Assembly: GCA_965223905.1 (NCBI GenBank)
Contig: CBDCXV010000001.1
Span: 992,001 to 1,056,000 of the forward strand
DNA from: Candidatus Latescibacterota bacterium
GTDB taxonomy: Bacteria > Latescibacterota > UBA2968 > UBA8231
Direction of reading: 5' to 3'
Length of the DNA: 64,000 nt
Position numbers and translations under genes: made by a program. Shown in pieces: positions 13,201 through 21,865 of this stretch (the first letter of the stretch is position 1; every line of letters begins with the position of its first letter). Below the pieces are notes generated by a model that did not search any database, had not been told where the DNA came from, and saw only the letters and a list, made by a program, of their open reading frames with translations.

Positions 13201-13708
13201 CGATGGCGAGTTGTCGGGCGGGGAGTCGCAGGAGGTTCAAGCCGACGATGGAACCAGTGGAGCGGCCTTCGATGCAGGCAGCCGCCCCCTGCACGGCCGC
13301 GGCGGTGAGGCCGGGTGAGCCGGTCTGTCGCCGCCGGTCCTCGACGGGGTCGGCGGCCAGCTCCAGGGCGAGGATCAGGCGCCCCCGGAGAGCGCCGAGG
13401 TCGCTTTCCGCCAGCAGGCCGACGCGGTGGTGGGACAGCCGCCCGCGCAGCCGCAAGTACACCATGAGCCCGGCCGCGGCGATGGTGGAAGCCAGCGCCG
13501 TGAGCACCAGCGCGGTTCGCCAGGACGGTCCGGGGTGGAGCAGGTGCTCGGCGCAGACTGCCGCCAGCCCGAGCAGCAGCCCGAGGGCGAGCGCCTGCAG
13601 CAGGACAGCCCCCGCCTCGACGGCCACCAGCCGGCGCCGGAGCCGGCGGGTGAAGGCGACAATCGAGGCGAGCTGCCGATCTGAGCCGGTTTCCTGTTTC
13701 ACCAACAC
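10271..13708 (-). CDS. DUF4175-like large membrane protein (N-terminal TMs, Ig-like domains, long coiled coil)
   Basis: Three TM segments, YRYPPH..W, PDQKPRV, SDDFGI, YRVRATDNDAVTGPK, E/Q/L-rich coiled coil, C-terminal PREYRELVRRYY. Confidence 0.78.
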   Translation of the reverse strand: MLVKQETGSDRQLASIVAFTRRLRRRLVAVEAGAVLLQALALGLLLGLAAVCAEHLLHPGPSWRTALVLTALASTIAAAGLMVYLRLRGRLSHHRVGLLAESDLGALRGRLILALELAADPVEDRRRQTGSPGLTAAAVQGAAACIEGRSTGSIVGLNLLRLPARQLAIAAVAVTAAGALFAEDLVPAAKRCAHPLREYPRLARTLIEVRPPQLEVVKGEDAAVEILFSGEVPRTAEILRRDSGGADWQATEIAASEGAAADTVRYTFTDVVRPFSFSVRGGDGFAGPYDVEVVDPPEVRQLTVRYRYPPHCGWPERIESGNGDVSAPAGTEVGIRIDASKPLAEAALVIDDTLRLPAEVEDRGARVSFSLPVAAGRSSVAATSATNRRLYYVDMRDRKGVANRDPIRYAIEVLPDQKPRVAVVEPGEDIGLPESKVVGLGIEGSDDFGIASLELLFRKNGGSERSMPLSLRPGPRVAVDHLWDLAPLDLLPEDRVTYRVRATDNDAVTGPKSSYSKEFAVRFPSMFEFLDEVSELQSETVMSVEELIDQERSAQQYLEQVRREVLKTEELSWEQKRELEAALDRERERAQALEEAAQELAEVAEKLSEQGLGSRELLDKMEEIRELMEEVTSPELLEALRELEQSAGELDPEQLAETLKKFSEEYEVFEQRLDRTLALLRQVQAEQQLEAAVEKARDLLARQESIGEALASASEAAARLEAREESLARDSERLRGDLEEAAEALAPISPGSSEALNREAAEMEQRDLAGRMREMAASLGEGRRQQARGLGGELLEDLGELAADLEELRDQFSAGEKNRLVGKLRTAMADLIDLSHSQEELARRTRRERDGAAALADEQFALLRGTDAVISELASAGQQTLSLDRAVIVTAGYARRRMQESGRRLGQREAGRSLPSQSEAYGYLNEAANLLRRSIEDVASSFMPSGFAEAMEKLLGLSEQQASLNQATREAMEGQEAPDGERGGPGRGANARAEMARLAAEQRSIMQALSEIERSLRGHRGAEKRMRGIAEEMNSVLRDMQQGRPHPRINQTQERIYQRMLDASRSIYSRGFKKKRQSETGADSDYAGPMWIPEDLGQRPDLWREAMKRALAGNLPREYRELVRRYYESVYADIAARPDSLEGLP

Positions 13709-13887
13709 CTCTTCATCATTCCGCCGGTCGATTCCGTCTCTCGGTGTTGTCTGCCCTCACTGTAATCCTGCCGGCACGGCGCCTCCGGACGCCCGGTGCT
13801 CCGGCGGAAGCGTGCTGCCGATCCGGATCTGTTCGCGATACAGGACACTGGATGTCGCGGTTTTGTCTACTGGTAGTGCTGCTCGCC

Positions 13888-14547
13888 TCAGTGAGTGAGT
13901 GCCCAGACGACTATGTTGGTTCCCATGCGCAGCGCGGACTCTCGTTTCTCCTCGGGGTCGCCGTGGACGTCGACATCTTCCCAGCCGTCGCCGAGGTCCG
14001 ACTCGAAGGTGTAGAGGAGGATGATGCGCCTGCCTTCGAACAGGGCCAGGGCCTGCGGCCGGTTGCCGTCGTGCTCGTGGATCTTCGGCAGTCCCCCGGG
14101 GAGCTCGAAATGGCATTGGAAGATGCCGTGTTCCGGGGGCAGCTCGACGAATTCCTTGTGCGGAAAGAGCTTGCGCACCTCGCGGCGGAAGGATTCGTCC
14201 ATCCCGTAGTTGTCGTCGGCGTGCAGGAAACCGCCGTTTTCGAGAAACTGCCGCAAGCGGATCACTTCCGCGGCCGACAGCGAGACGTTGCCGTGCCCCG
14301 TCATGTAGAGGTAAGGGTAGGAGAACAGCTCCTCGTCCATGATACGGACCCGCGCCTCCTCGGCAGCGGCGTCGACGCGGGTGTGGCCGGCGATGTAGGA
14401 GAGAAGATTCGGCAGGGAAGAGGGGTTGCTGTACCAGTCGCCGCCGCCGTCGTACTGAAGGCGGGCGATCGCAAACCGATGGCCGCCGCCGGCTGCCGAC
14501 CCAGGCGACAGCAGCAGGACGGTAAGCAGGATTCCGGGGATTCTCAT
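13888..14547 (-). CDS. DUF4159 domain-containing exported protein
   Basis: Signal peptide; RLQYDGGGDWYSNPSSLPNL, YPYLYMTGHG, GGFLHADDNYG, LPKIHEHDG, DLGDGWED. Confidence 0.88.
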   Translation of the reverse strand: MRIPGILLTVLLLSPGSAAGGGHRFAIARLQYDGGGDWYSNPSSLPNLLSYIAGHTRVDAAAEEARVRIMDEELFSYPYLYMTGHGNVSLSAAEVIRLRQFLENGGFLHADDNYGMDESFRREVRKLFPHKEFVELPPEHGIFQCHFELPGGLPKIHEHDGNRPQALALFEGRRIILLYTFESDLGDGWEDVDVHGDPEEKRESALRMGTNIVVWALTH

Positions 14548-14551
14548 CGTG

Positions 14552-17047
14552 TCAGCGAGGTCCCGGCGAGCCGTTGATTACCGCCAGCTTGCCGCGCCGG
14601 AGATTGCCGTCGGCGTCTTCCGCGACCACCAAGTACACCCCCGAGCCGACGAGAAAGCCGGCTTCGTTGACTCCCTTCCACGAGATCGTCCCTCTGCCGG
14701 CCTCGCCGGGAAGGTTGCGGACGAGCTGTCCGGAGGGGCGGAAGATCCGCAGCGAAGCCCCGAGAGGGAGGCCGGAAACCGTCAGCTGACCTTGCAGGGG
14801 ATCGAACGGGTTCGGGTAGATGACAAGACCTTCGCTCGGCTTTTCCCCGGGAGCCGAGGCGCCTAGTGTCAGGCGGCTCAGACCGTCGAAGGTGCCGATC
14901 CAGAGCTCGTCGCCGGCCTCGTCGTACAACAGCGACTTCACGCGGTTGTCGATCAAGCCGCTGTTGGAGGCGGTAAACGTGAACTCCCACTCCCCGCTGG
15001 GGTTGATTCGCGCCAGCCCTTCTTCGGTCCCCACCCAGACGTTACCCGCGGCGTCTGCAGCCAGGGCGCTGACTTCGTTGGTTGGCAGGCCGTCCGTGGT
15101 GCTGTACGTCCTCCAGTCTTCCTTCGCGATCGAGTACGTGCCGGTATCTCCGGAGAAGGTGCCCCTGAAGCTGTCGAGGCCGTTGTTGGTCCCCACCCAT
15201 ACGGTTCCGTCCGCGGCGAGCAGCAGGTCGGTGATACGGTCGCTAGAGAGGCGCGGCTCGCTGCCGCTGTTGATCCGCGCCGTCAGGTCGTCGCTGCCGT
15301 CGAACGGCGTGCCGCCGTCGTCCAGTACGACGAGTCCCTCGGTGCGGCTGGTTATCCATTTCAGGCCGTCGCCGTCGGCACGGAATCGGATCTTCCCGGT
15401 GTCGGTCAGGGGTTCGAATCCCAGCCAGGTCTGGGGGATCAGGAGGCCCTCCTCCACAGGATATCCGTCTACAACCACCACCCCGCCTCGAACGTTGACC
15501 ACCCACATGTTTCCATCCTTGTCGCGGGCGATATCGCTGATAGCGACAAAGCTCCGGCTCGCCCCGATGCCGATCAGGGGGGAATTCTCGTGGTTGACGA
15601 CGCCCCAGCCGTCCTGGTCCCTGACGGCGACTCCGCCGCCCCAGGATCCGACCCAGACGCGTCCTTCGGCATCGGCCTCGACGGTGATGATATTGTTGGT
15701 CGGCATTCCCGACTTCCGGTCGTAGACCGACCAGCCGGAGTCGTCGAGTTGGTACACGCCGAACGATTGCTGATGGTCGTCTGGCACGCTTGCTACCCAC
15801 AGCTCGCCGTTGTCGAGCAGCTCCATGTCGAAGAAGTGGTTCTGGGCAGGCTCCTTCGAGGGCGGCGGCGGATCTCCGCCGACGACCTTCAACCCCTGGC
15901 GGGTTGCGAGCCACAGGACTTCCCCGTTGTCGGACATGTCGCGGACACCGGTTATCGACTTTCCCGGGACCCGCTCCCAGGTTCCTTCCGACTCACGCCC
16001 CAGGATGTTGCCGTCCTCCATGGCCGCCACTACGCGGCCTTCGAGCACTCCGAGGCTGGTGGCTGCAGCGGTCAGATCGAAGGTTATTCCGCTATCGCCG
16101 GAACGGAACGAGGAGACCCCCAAAGGCCCGGCAAAGAAAAGGGTTCCCTCGAAATTCAGGAGGTCGGCCAGGCCCCCTGTCCCGCCGAGCGCCTGCCAGC
16201 TGTCGGGGTCCTGGAGATTGGGCTGGCCGAGGTCGGCAAAGGCGGTTCCGGAGGTGGTTCCGGCGACGAGGGAACCATCGAGAATCCCGAGTCCGATCAC
16301 TTCGGAATCACGCGGGATTTTACCGAGGTTGCGGTACGTCTCCTTCACTTCCTCCTTGTCGATCAGGAAGAGACTGATGCCCTCTTCGGTGCCGACGTAG
16401 AGCCGGTCGCCGACTGCCAGCAGCGCGTTGATGCGGAGATTGCGGAACTCGAGAAAAGGCGGATCGAAGGAGTCTGCCTCAGGGCGGAAACGGCTCAGCC
16501 CCTGCCGGTCGCTGCCGAACCAGATATGTCCCCGGTCATCCTCGGTCACCGAGAGAAGACTGTTTCCCGCAAGTCGGTTGACGCGCGTGAAGCGCCTGTA
16601 CTCCTGGGTGAGGACGTCGAAATGCAAGGCGCCCCCATTTGTGGCGGACCAGACGTTTCCGTTGGCGTCGACGTGGAGCTGGTTGACCTCGAGCATGCTT
16701 GTGAAAGCCGCCCAGTCTCCTTCTCCGTCCTGGGCGGAGCCTGGAGCGGCCAGTGCGCATGCAAGAGCCACGGCGACGGTGAGGTGGGGTGGAAAGAGTT
16801 TGACAGCCCGCTGGTAAAGGTGCTCTGCAGGCGCGGCCGAGTCATGGCGGCCGAAGACAAGGCGCGCGACCGAGTCGAATCGCAGGGGATTCGGGGAAAG
16901 AGCGCAACGCCGTATTCGGAACGCTCTTCCGAGCGTTTCAGGGAACGGCAAAGCCGTTCCCAACACGGACCCGAAGGGTTCGCTACCGCCAGCGCCGGAC
17001 GCAGCCCGGATGGACTTTTTCAACGGGCTGTCAGGGATCGATGCCAT
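14552..17047 (-). CDS. PorZ-like beta-propeller protein with C-terminal FlgD/T9SS-CTD-like domain
   Basis: Repeated propeller blades (G-x-x-W-x-G-T-x-x-G-L, DGLPTN, NSGLIDN); C-terminus IYPNPF...LRIF...GQLVR...SWKG.NEAG..VGSGVYLV...GKLAVI; signal peptide displaced by an internal insert. Confidence 0.8.
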   Translation of the reverse strand: MASIPDSPLKKSIRAASGAGGSEPFGSVLGTALPFPETLGRAFRIRRCALSPNPLRFDSVARLVFGRHDSAAPAEHLYQRAVKLFPPHLTVAVALACALAAPGSAQDGEGDWAAFTSMLEVNQLHVDANGNVWSATNGGALHFDVLTQEYRRFTRVNRLAGNSLLSVTEDDRGHIWFGSDRQGLSRFRPEADSFDPPFLEFRNLRINALLAVGDRLYVGTEEGISLFLIDKEEVKETYRNLGKIPRDSEVIGLGILDGSLVAGTTSGTAFADLGQPNLQDPDSWQALGGTGGLADLLNFEGTLFFAGPLGVSSFRSGDSGITFDLTAAATSLGVLEGRVVAAMEDGNILGRESEGTWERVPGKSITGVRDMSDNGEVLWLATRQGLKVVGGDPPPPSKEPAQNHFFDMELLDNGELWVASVPDDHQQSFGVYQLDDSGWSVYDRKSGMPTNNIITVEADAEGRVWVGSWGGGVAVRDQDGWGVVNHENSPLIGIGASRSFVAISDIARDKDGNMWVVNVRGGVVVVDGYPVEEGLLIPQTWLGFEPLTDTGKIRFRADGDGLKWITSRTEGLVVLDDGGTPFDGSDDLTARINSGSEPRLSSDRITDLLLAADGTVWVGTNNGLDSFRGTFSGDTGTYSIAKEDWRTYSTTDGLPTNEVSALAADAAGNVWVGTEEGLARINPSGEWEFTFTASNSGLIDNRVKSLLYDEAGDELWIGTFDGLSRLTLGASAPGEKPSEGLVIYPNPFDPLQGQLTVSGLPLGASLRIFRPSGQLVRNLPGEAGRGTISWKGVNEAGFLVGSGVYLVVAEDADGNLRRGKLAVINGSPGPR
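16801..17033. mobile_element. Putative MITE-like insert, in frame within the 5' end of the PorZ-like gene
   Basis: Terminal inverted repeats TGACAGCCCG (16801-16810) and CGGGCTGTCA (17024-17033); right end reads GACTTTTTCAACGGGCTG; removing 231 bp restores a normal signal peptide. Confidence 0.5.
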
Positions 17048-17057
17048 CGGCCTCCGT

Positions 17058-19511
17058 CTACATCGTGTTCTGCGGGTCGACGACGAGCGTCAGAGCGACG
17101 CCGTGAGTGCCGGCCGACTCCCGCATCGGGTCGATTACCGGGCCGACCCAGTCTCTGAGCAAGCGGGCTGAAGTGCCTTGCAGCAGCGCCTGCCAGCGGT
17201 GGTTTCCGCGCAGCAGGGCAAGGGGAGCCGGGGCCGGTCCCAGAACCGCCCCCCCGGCCGGCAGGGAGCGGGACAGCATCCCGGTACCGCGACGGGCGGC
17301 GGCCTCCACCTGGTCCTGTACGGGGCCGCGCCAGCGCAGCAGCAGCAGGCGGCCGAACGGTGGAAAGCCGGCTTCGCGCCGATGCGCGAGCTCCTCTTCC
17401 GCAAAGCCTGTAAAGTCCTGCCGCGCCGCGGCGATCAGGGAGCGCTCCTCCGGCAGTCGCGTCTGCACCACTACCTCACCGAGGCGGTCCCCCCTGCCGG
17501 AACGGCCCGCCACCTGCGTCATTAGCTGGAAGCTCCGTTCCGCGGCGCGGAAGTCCGGCAGGTGCAACCCGGTGTCGGCGGAGATGACGCCGACCAGGGT
17601 CACCTCGGGAAAGTCCAGCCCCTTGGCGACCATCTGGGTTCCGAGCAGCACGTCCGCCTCGCCGGCGCGGAAGCGTTCGACGAGACGGTCGTGGGCCCCC
17701 TTCCACCCGGTCGTGTCGACGTCCATACGAATGACGCGGATACCTGGAAACTGTTCCAGGAGCGCGCTCTCGACCTGCTGCGTTCCGATGCCGGTCTCGC
17801 GGACTTCCTCGCTGCCGCACCCGGGACAGGTTGCCGGCACCGGGCGGCGGTAGTCGCAGTAGTGACAGCGCAGCTCCTCGGAGCGGCTCCGGTGCAGGGT
17901 CAGGCAGACGCGACAGTGGGTGCACTGCACCGTTTCCCCGCATTCGCGGCACTGCACGACCGGGGCGAAACCGCGGCGGTTCTGCAACAGGATGATGCGC
18001 TCGCCGCGCTCCAGGCGGTCGTGGATCTTCTTGCGCAGGACCTTGGAGAACAGCGCCGTCTTGCGGCGCTGGAATGGCTCGCGGCGCATGTCGACGACGG
18101 TGATTTCGGGAAGCGGGCGGCCGTCGACGCGCCGCGGCAGCGACAGGGTCCGGTACTTGCCCGAGAGCGCGTTCCAGTACGACTCCAGACTCGGGGTCGC
18201 CGACCCGAGCAGCACCGCGGCGCCTGCCATGCGCGCGCGCACCAGGGCGACGTCGCGGGCGCTGTAGGACAGGGCGTGGCGGTTTTCGAGATCGTCCTGG
18301 TTGTAGGAGCCGTCGTGTTCTTCGTCGACGACGACGAGCCCGAGGTCGGCCACCGGCGCCAGGACCGCCGAGCGGGGGCCGATGACGAGGCGCTGCTCCC
18401 CGCGCCGCAGGCGCCGCCAGGTATCGTAGCGCTCTCCCTTCGACAGCTGACTGTGGAGCACGGCGACGCGGTCTCCGAAACGCCCCTTGAAGCGCCGCAC
18501 CATCTGCCAGGCGAGGGCGATCTCCGGGACCAGGATTATGGCGCCGCGTCCCAGCCGCAACGCCTGCTCCGCGGCGCGCAGGTAGACCAGGGTCTTGCCG
18601 CTGCCGGTGACACCCTGGAGCAGGGCGGGGAAGTAGATGCCCTTCCCGAGGGCCTCGAGAACCGGCTCGAGGACCGCCTGCTGGTCGGGGTTCGGTTCGA
18701 GCGGCTCGTCCGCAAGGCCGTCGAGGTGGGCCAGGGGGTCGCGGACGATCTCCTCCTCGACGGTCTCTATCAGGCCCCGGGAACCGAGCCCGCGCAGTAT
18801 TGCGTATCCGAAGCCGCTGGCGACCAGCGCCTTTTTGGGTTCGGACCCGCGCTCGAGGACATGGCGCAGGCAGCTGGCCTGCTTCGGGGCCCGGCGGTCC
18901 AGCTCTGGCAGCTTCGCCGCGGCGAACTTCCCATCGGTAACCCGCACCCGCTGCTCCCGCCTGACCGATACCTCGGCGTCTTCGAGCACGGGGAGAATGT
19001 CGATCCGGCCGGCCCGTTGCATGCGCCGGAGCGCCTGTTCGAGTCCGTTGCGCCCCAGGCGCCTCCGCAGGGTCGTTACCTTGAGGGGGCGGGCGCTCAG
19101 CTCCTCGACGATGCGGGCGCCGAGCCCCTCTTCCACCGGCGGGTGGGCACCGTTGGCCAGCTGAACGCGCCGTTGCGTGGTCAGCTTGACGCCGGGAGGC
19201 AACGCCGCGGCAAGGGCGCTGCCGATCTGAGCTCCATAGTAGGAGGCCATCCACCGGCACAGGTCGACGACCTCCGGCGTAAGAGGGGAGTCGGCATCGA
19301 GGACCTGCACCAGGTCGCGGATTTTTCCCGGGCCAAGCGATTCAGCCGGCTCGGTATCGCCGATTACGAACCCGGTGACGAGGCGATTCTGTACTGGGAC
19401 TAGAACGACGGTTCCGGGACGGACGTCGCCGATCGCTTCCCCGGGCACGGCGTAGGTGAGTTCGCGTGGCAGGGGAGGAGGAAGCGCTACCTCCACGTAG
19501 CGCCGGCTCAT
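17058..19511 (-). CDS. priA: Primosomal protein N' (replication restart helicase)
   Basis: LQGVTGSGKT, VDEEHD, LGSATPSLES, Zn-finger CxxC pairs, GTQMVAKGLDFP, QVAGRSGR. Confidence 0.96.
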   Translation of the reverse strand: MSRRYVEVALPPPLPRELTYAVPGEAIGDVRPGTVVLVPVQNRLVTGFVIGDTEPAESLGPGKIRDLVQVLDADSPLTPEVVDLCRWMASYYGAQIGSALAAALPPGVKLTTQRRVQLANGAHPPVEEGLGARIVEELSARPLKVTTLRRRLGRNGLEQALRRMQRAGRIDILPVLEDAEVSVRREQRVRVTDGKFAAAKLPELDRRAPKQASCLRHVLERGSEPKKALVASGFGYAILRGLGSRGLIETVEEEIVRDPLAHLDGLADEPLEPNPDQQAVLEPVLEALGKGIYFPALLQGVTGSGKTLVYLRAAEQALRLGRGAIILVPEIALAWQMVRRFKGRFGDRVAVLHSQLSKGERYDTWRRLRRGEQRLVIGPRSAVLAPVADLGLVVVDEEHDGSYNQDDLENRHALSYSARDVALVRARMAGAAVLLGSATPSLESYWNALSGKYRTLSLPRRVDGRPLPEITVVDMRREPFQRRKTALFSKVLRKKIHDRLERGERIILLQNRRGFAPVVQCRECGETVQCTHCRVCLTLHRSRSEELRCHYCDYRRPVPATCPGCGSEEVRETGIGTQQVESALLEQFPGIRVIRMDVDTTGWKGAHDRLVERFRAGEADVLLGTQMVAKGLDFPEVTLVGVISADTGLHLPDFRAAERSFQLMTQVAGRSGRGDRLGEVVVQTRLPEERSLIAAARQDFTGFAEEELAHRREAGFPPFGRLLLLRWRGPVQDQVEAAARRGTGMLSRSLPAGGAVLGPAPAPLALLRGNHRWQALLQGTSARLLRDWVGPVIDPMRESAGTHGVALTLVVDPQNTM

Positions 19512-20569
19512 GGAGTACGCGGTCCGCCCGCGTTCGCCGTCGAGCCCTGCAAGGGGACCGAGGAAAGAGGCGTCAGGTCCGCTCTCAACAGGACTACTTC
19601 TTCGGATGAGGCCCGGAACCGCAGCACCCGGGGCGGGTCGCCGAGTCTGCCGCCCCCCAACAGCTGTCCCTGGAAATAGAACCGAAGCCCGTGAGGGCGC
19701 CCGGCCGTGACCGTGAAGGATTCAGCCGCCTCCCACCGCCGCGATTCTCCCCTGGGGACGATCTCTTCCCTGTGGCCGGCCCCGCCGTCCCACTGGATCC
19801 GCACCCAGGTGGAATCGACCGCCTCGGCTCTCAGAATCAGGGACGTTGCGAGGTCATGCCTTTCCTCCCCGCTCTCAGCGGCTGCCCCCTGCTCCTCCTG
19901 CAGGGCCGTCCCGGAGACCCCTTCGTCAGTAGGGGCGACACCCTCGGCCGGCGCCTCTACGACAGGATCGGCCGCAACCGCTCCCCGGCGCAGGGCATCC
20001 GCCGTATCTGCGCTGGTATTCGAAGTTTCTGCCAAGCGGCTGGACGGCGCTTCGAGAGCAGCAATGGGCACAGTCCCGGCCCCGGGATCCGGTTCCGCCT
20101 CCGTCGCCGGGTTCCCGTCACCTGTCAGGTGCAGGGCCGGGGGTATCTCAGCGGCGTCCCCAGACGGGGGGGCAGGCACTTCCGGTTCTCCTGAAAGGAA
20201 GATGGCGAGCAGAACCGCGGCGGCGACCGCCACTGCGGCCGCGATCACCCAGGTTGGAGGGACCGTGCCGATGAAGGCAGGAGACCGCCCCAAGCTGCGG
20301 CCATAAGAGAAGGAGGGTGCCGGGATATCGGGGCGGCCGAACTGGCGGTCGAAGAGGGTAGTGATCTCTACGGGGTCGAGGCCCAGGTAAGCTGCGTAGT
20401 TGGCCGCGGCCAGCCGTGCGTACACCGGCTCGATCCGGAATTCGCCGCTTTCCAGCTCGCGCAGGAGATTTGGGCTGATCCCGGTCCGCTGCTGAGCCTG
20501 CTCCAGGGTCTCTCCGCGCCGCTCGCGCGCCGCCCTGAGCAGGGGACCGAGGGGGATCTCCTCACTCAT
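19508..20569 (-). CDS. rodZ: RodZ-like protein (HTH, TM, DUF4115)
   Basis: LGPLLRAARERRGETLEQ HTH, YAAYLGLD, single TM, acidic linker, C-terminal LRAEAVDSTWVRI. Confidence 0.8.
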   Translation of the reverse strand: MSEEIPLGPLLRAARERRGETLEQAQQRTGISPNLLRELESGEFRIEPVYARLAAANYAAYLGLDPVEITTLFDRQFGRPDIPAPSFSYGRSLGRSPAFIGTVPPTWVIAAAVAVAAAVLLAIFLSGEPEVPAPPSGDAAEIPPALHLTGDGNPATEAEPDPGAGTVPIAALEAPSSRLAETSNTSADTADALRRGAVAADPVVEAPAEGVAPTDEGVSGTALQEEQGAAAESGEERHDLATSLILRAEAVDSTWVRIQWDGGAGHREEIVPRGESRRWEAAESFTVTAGRPHGLRFYFQGQLLGGGRLGDPPRVLRFRASSEEVVLLRADLTPLSSVPLQGSTANAGGPRTP

Positions 20570-20719
20570 GCCGAAAATTGCTCCACTGAGAACGATGCGG
20601 GGGTGATCGGAACGGGGGTTGGTAGTCGGGGGGATCGAGGCAGCGAGACCGCACCGCACCGCCCGTCCCGGAGACCTCCGTGCCCGCGGCAGGCCCGACT
20701 ACATCTGCGGACGGCGTCG

Positions 20720-21325
20720 TCAACAGCTGGAAAAATCGAATCCCAGCTCTTCGAGCATTGCGCTCAGGCGAGCTATCGGCAGACCCACAACATTATAATA
20801 ACAGCCATTTATACTTTCAACGAAGCGGGCGCCCCTACCCTGGATGGCGTACGAGCCCGCCTTGTCCATCGGCTCCCCGCTCGCCACGTACTCCTCGATC
20901 TCTTCGACTGACAAGGTCCGCATGCGCACCTCGGTGCGGACGCAATCGCGGATCTCCCGGTCCTCCGGGCCTTTCACTGCGATTCCGGTGAAGACCTCGT
21001 GGCGCCTGCCCGAAAGGCGCCCGAGCATGGCGGCCGCCTCCTCCGCGTCCCCCGGTTTGCCGAGAATTTCGCCGTCCAGACTGACCACCGTATCCGCGCC
21101 GACGACAACCGCAGTCGAGACCCGGCCCGAGGCTCGCAGAAGCCGATGGACGGCTGCGGCCTTGGCCGCGGCCGCGGCCAAGGCGTGGTGGCGCGGGGAG
21201 GATCCGCAGGGGGCCGGCTCCGCCTCGGGACTGGGGTGCTGCTCGAACCTGAGGCCGAGCTGGTGCAGCAGGGCGACGCGGCGCGGCGAAGCCGACGCGA
21301 GCACGAGGGAAGGGTTGGGATCCAT
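20720..21325 (-). CDS. maf: Maf nucleoside triphosphate pyrophosphatase (YhdE type)
   Basis: LVLASASPRR, GADTVV, ILGKP, EPMDKAGSYAIQG, NVVGLP. Confidence 0.94.
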   Translation of the reverse strand: MDPNPSLVLASASPRRVALLHQLGLRFEQHPSPEAEPAPCGSSPRHHALAAAAAKAAAVHRLLRASGRVSTAVVVGADTVVSLDGEILGKPGDAEEAAAMLGRLSGRRHEVFTGIAVKGPEDREIRDCVRTEVRMRTLSVEEIEEYVASGEPMDKAGSYAIQGRGARFVESINGCYYNVVGLPIARLSAMLEELGFDFSSC

Positions 21326-21329
21326 CCGG

Positions 21330-21770
21330 TCAGGGGCTCTCGACGATGACGGTGACCGGTCCGTCGTTGTGGATTTCGACCGCCATGTGGGCCCCGAACA
21401 CGCCGTGTGCGACTGGAATCCCGAGGCCCTCGAGAAGCTCGACAAAGCGCTCGTAGAGCGGCTCGGCGTGCTCGGGACGCGCCGCCTCGACAAAGCTGGG
21501 GCGCCGGCCGCGCCGGCAGTCTCCGTAGAGGGTGAACTGGGAGATCGCCAGAACCGCACCTCCCGTCTCCAGGAGGGAGCGGTTCATCCGCCCCTGCTCG
21601 TCGGGGAATACGCGCAGGTTGGCGCACTTTTCGGCGCAGAACCGGGCGTCGTCGCCGTCGTCTTCGGCGTGGACTCCGACGAGCAGCACGAGGCCGCGGT
21701 CGATGGCCCCGGCGGTTTCCCCGGCTACGGAGACCCGGGCGCTGCTGACCCGCTGAACGAGGATTCTCAC
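21330..21770 (-). CDS. dtd: D-aminoacyl-tRNA deacylase
   Basis: GTG start; [26 protein letters not shown]. Confidence 0.95.
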   Translation of the reverse strand: MRILVQRVSSARVSVAGETAGAIDRGLVLLVGVHAEDDGDDARFCAEKCANLRVFPDEQGRMNRSLLETGGAVLAISQFTLYGDCRRGRRPSFVEAARPEHAEPLYERFVELLEGLGIPVAHGVFGAHMAVEIHNDGPVTVIVESP

Positions 21771-21865
21771 CGGGGTCGAGTCATTGGTGAAGTGGTTGTG
21801 AAGGGGTGCGGGGTGGCGGAGGCGACGGGAATGGAGCCAGGGCGGGACCTGCCGCCGCACGCGGA

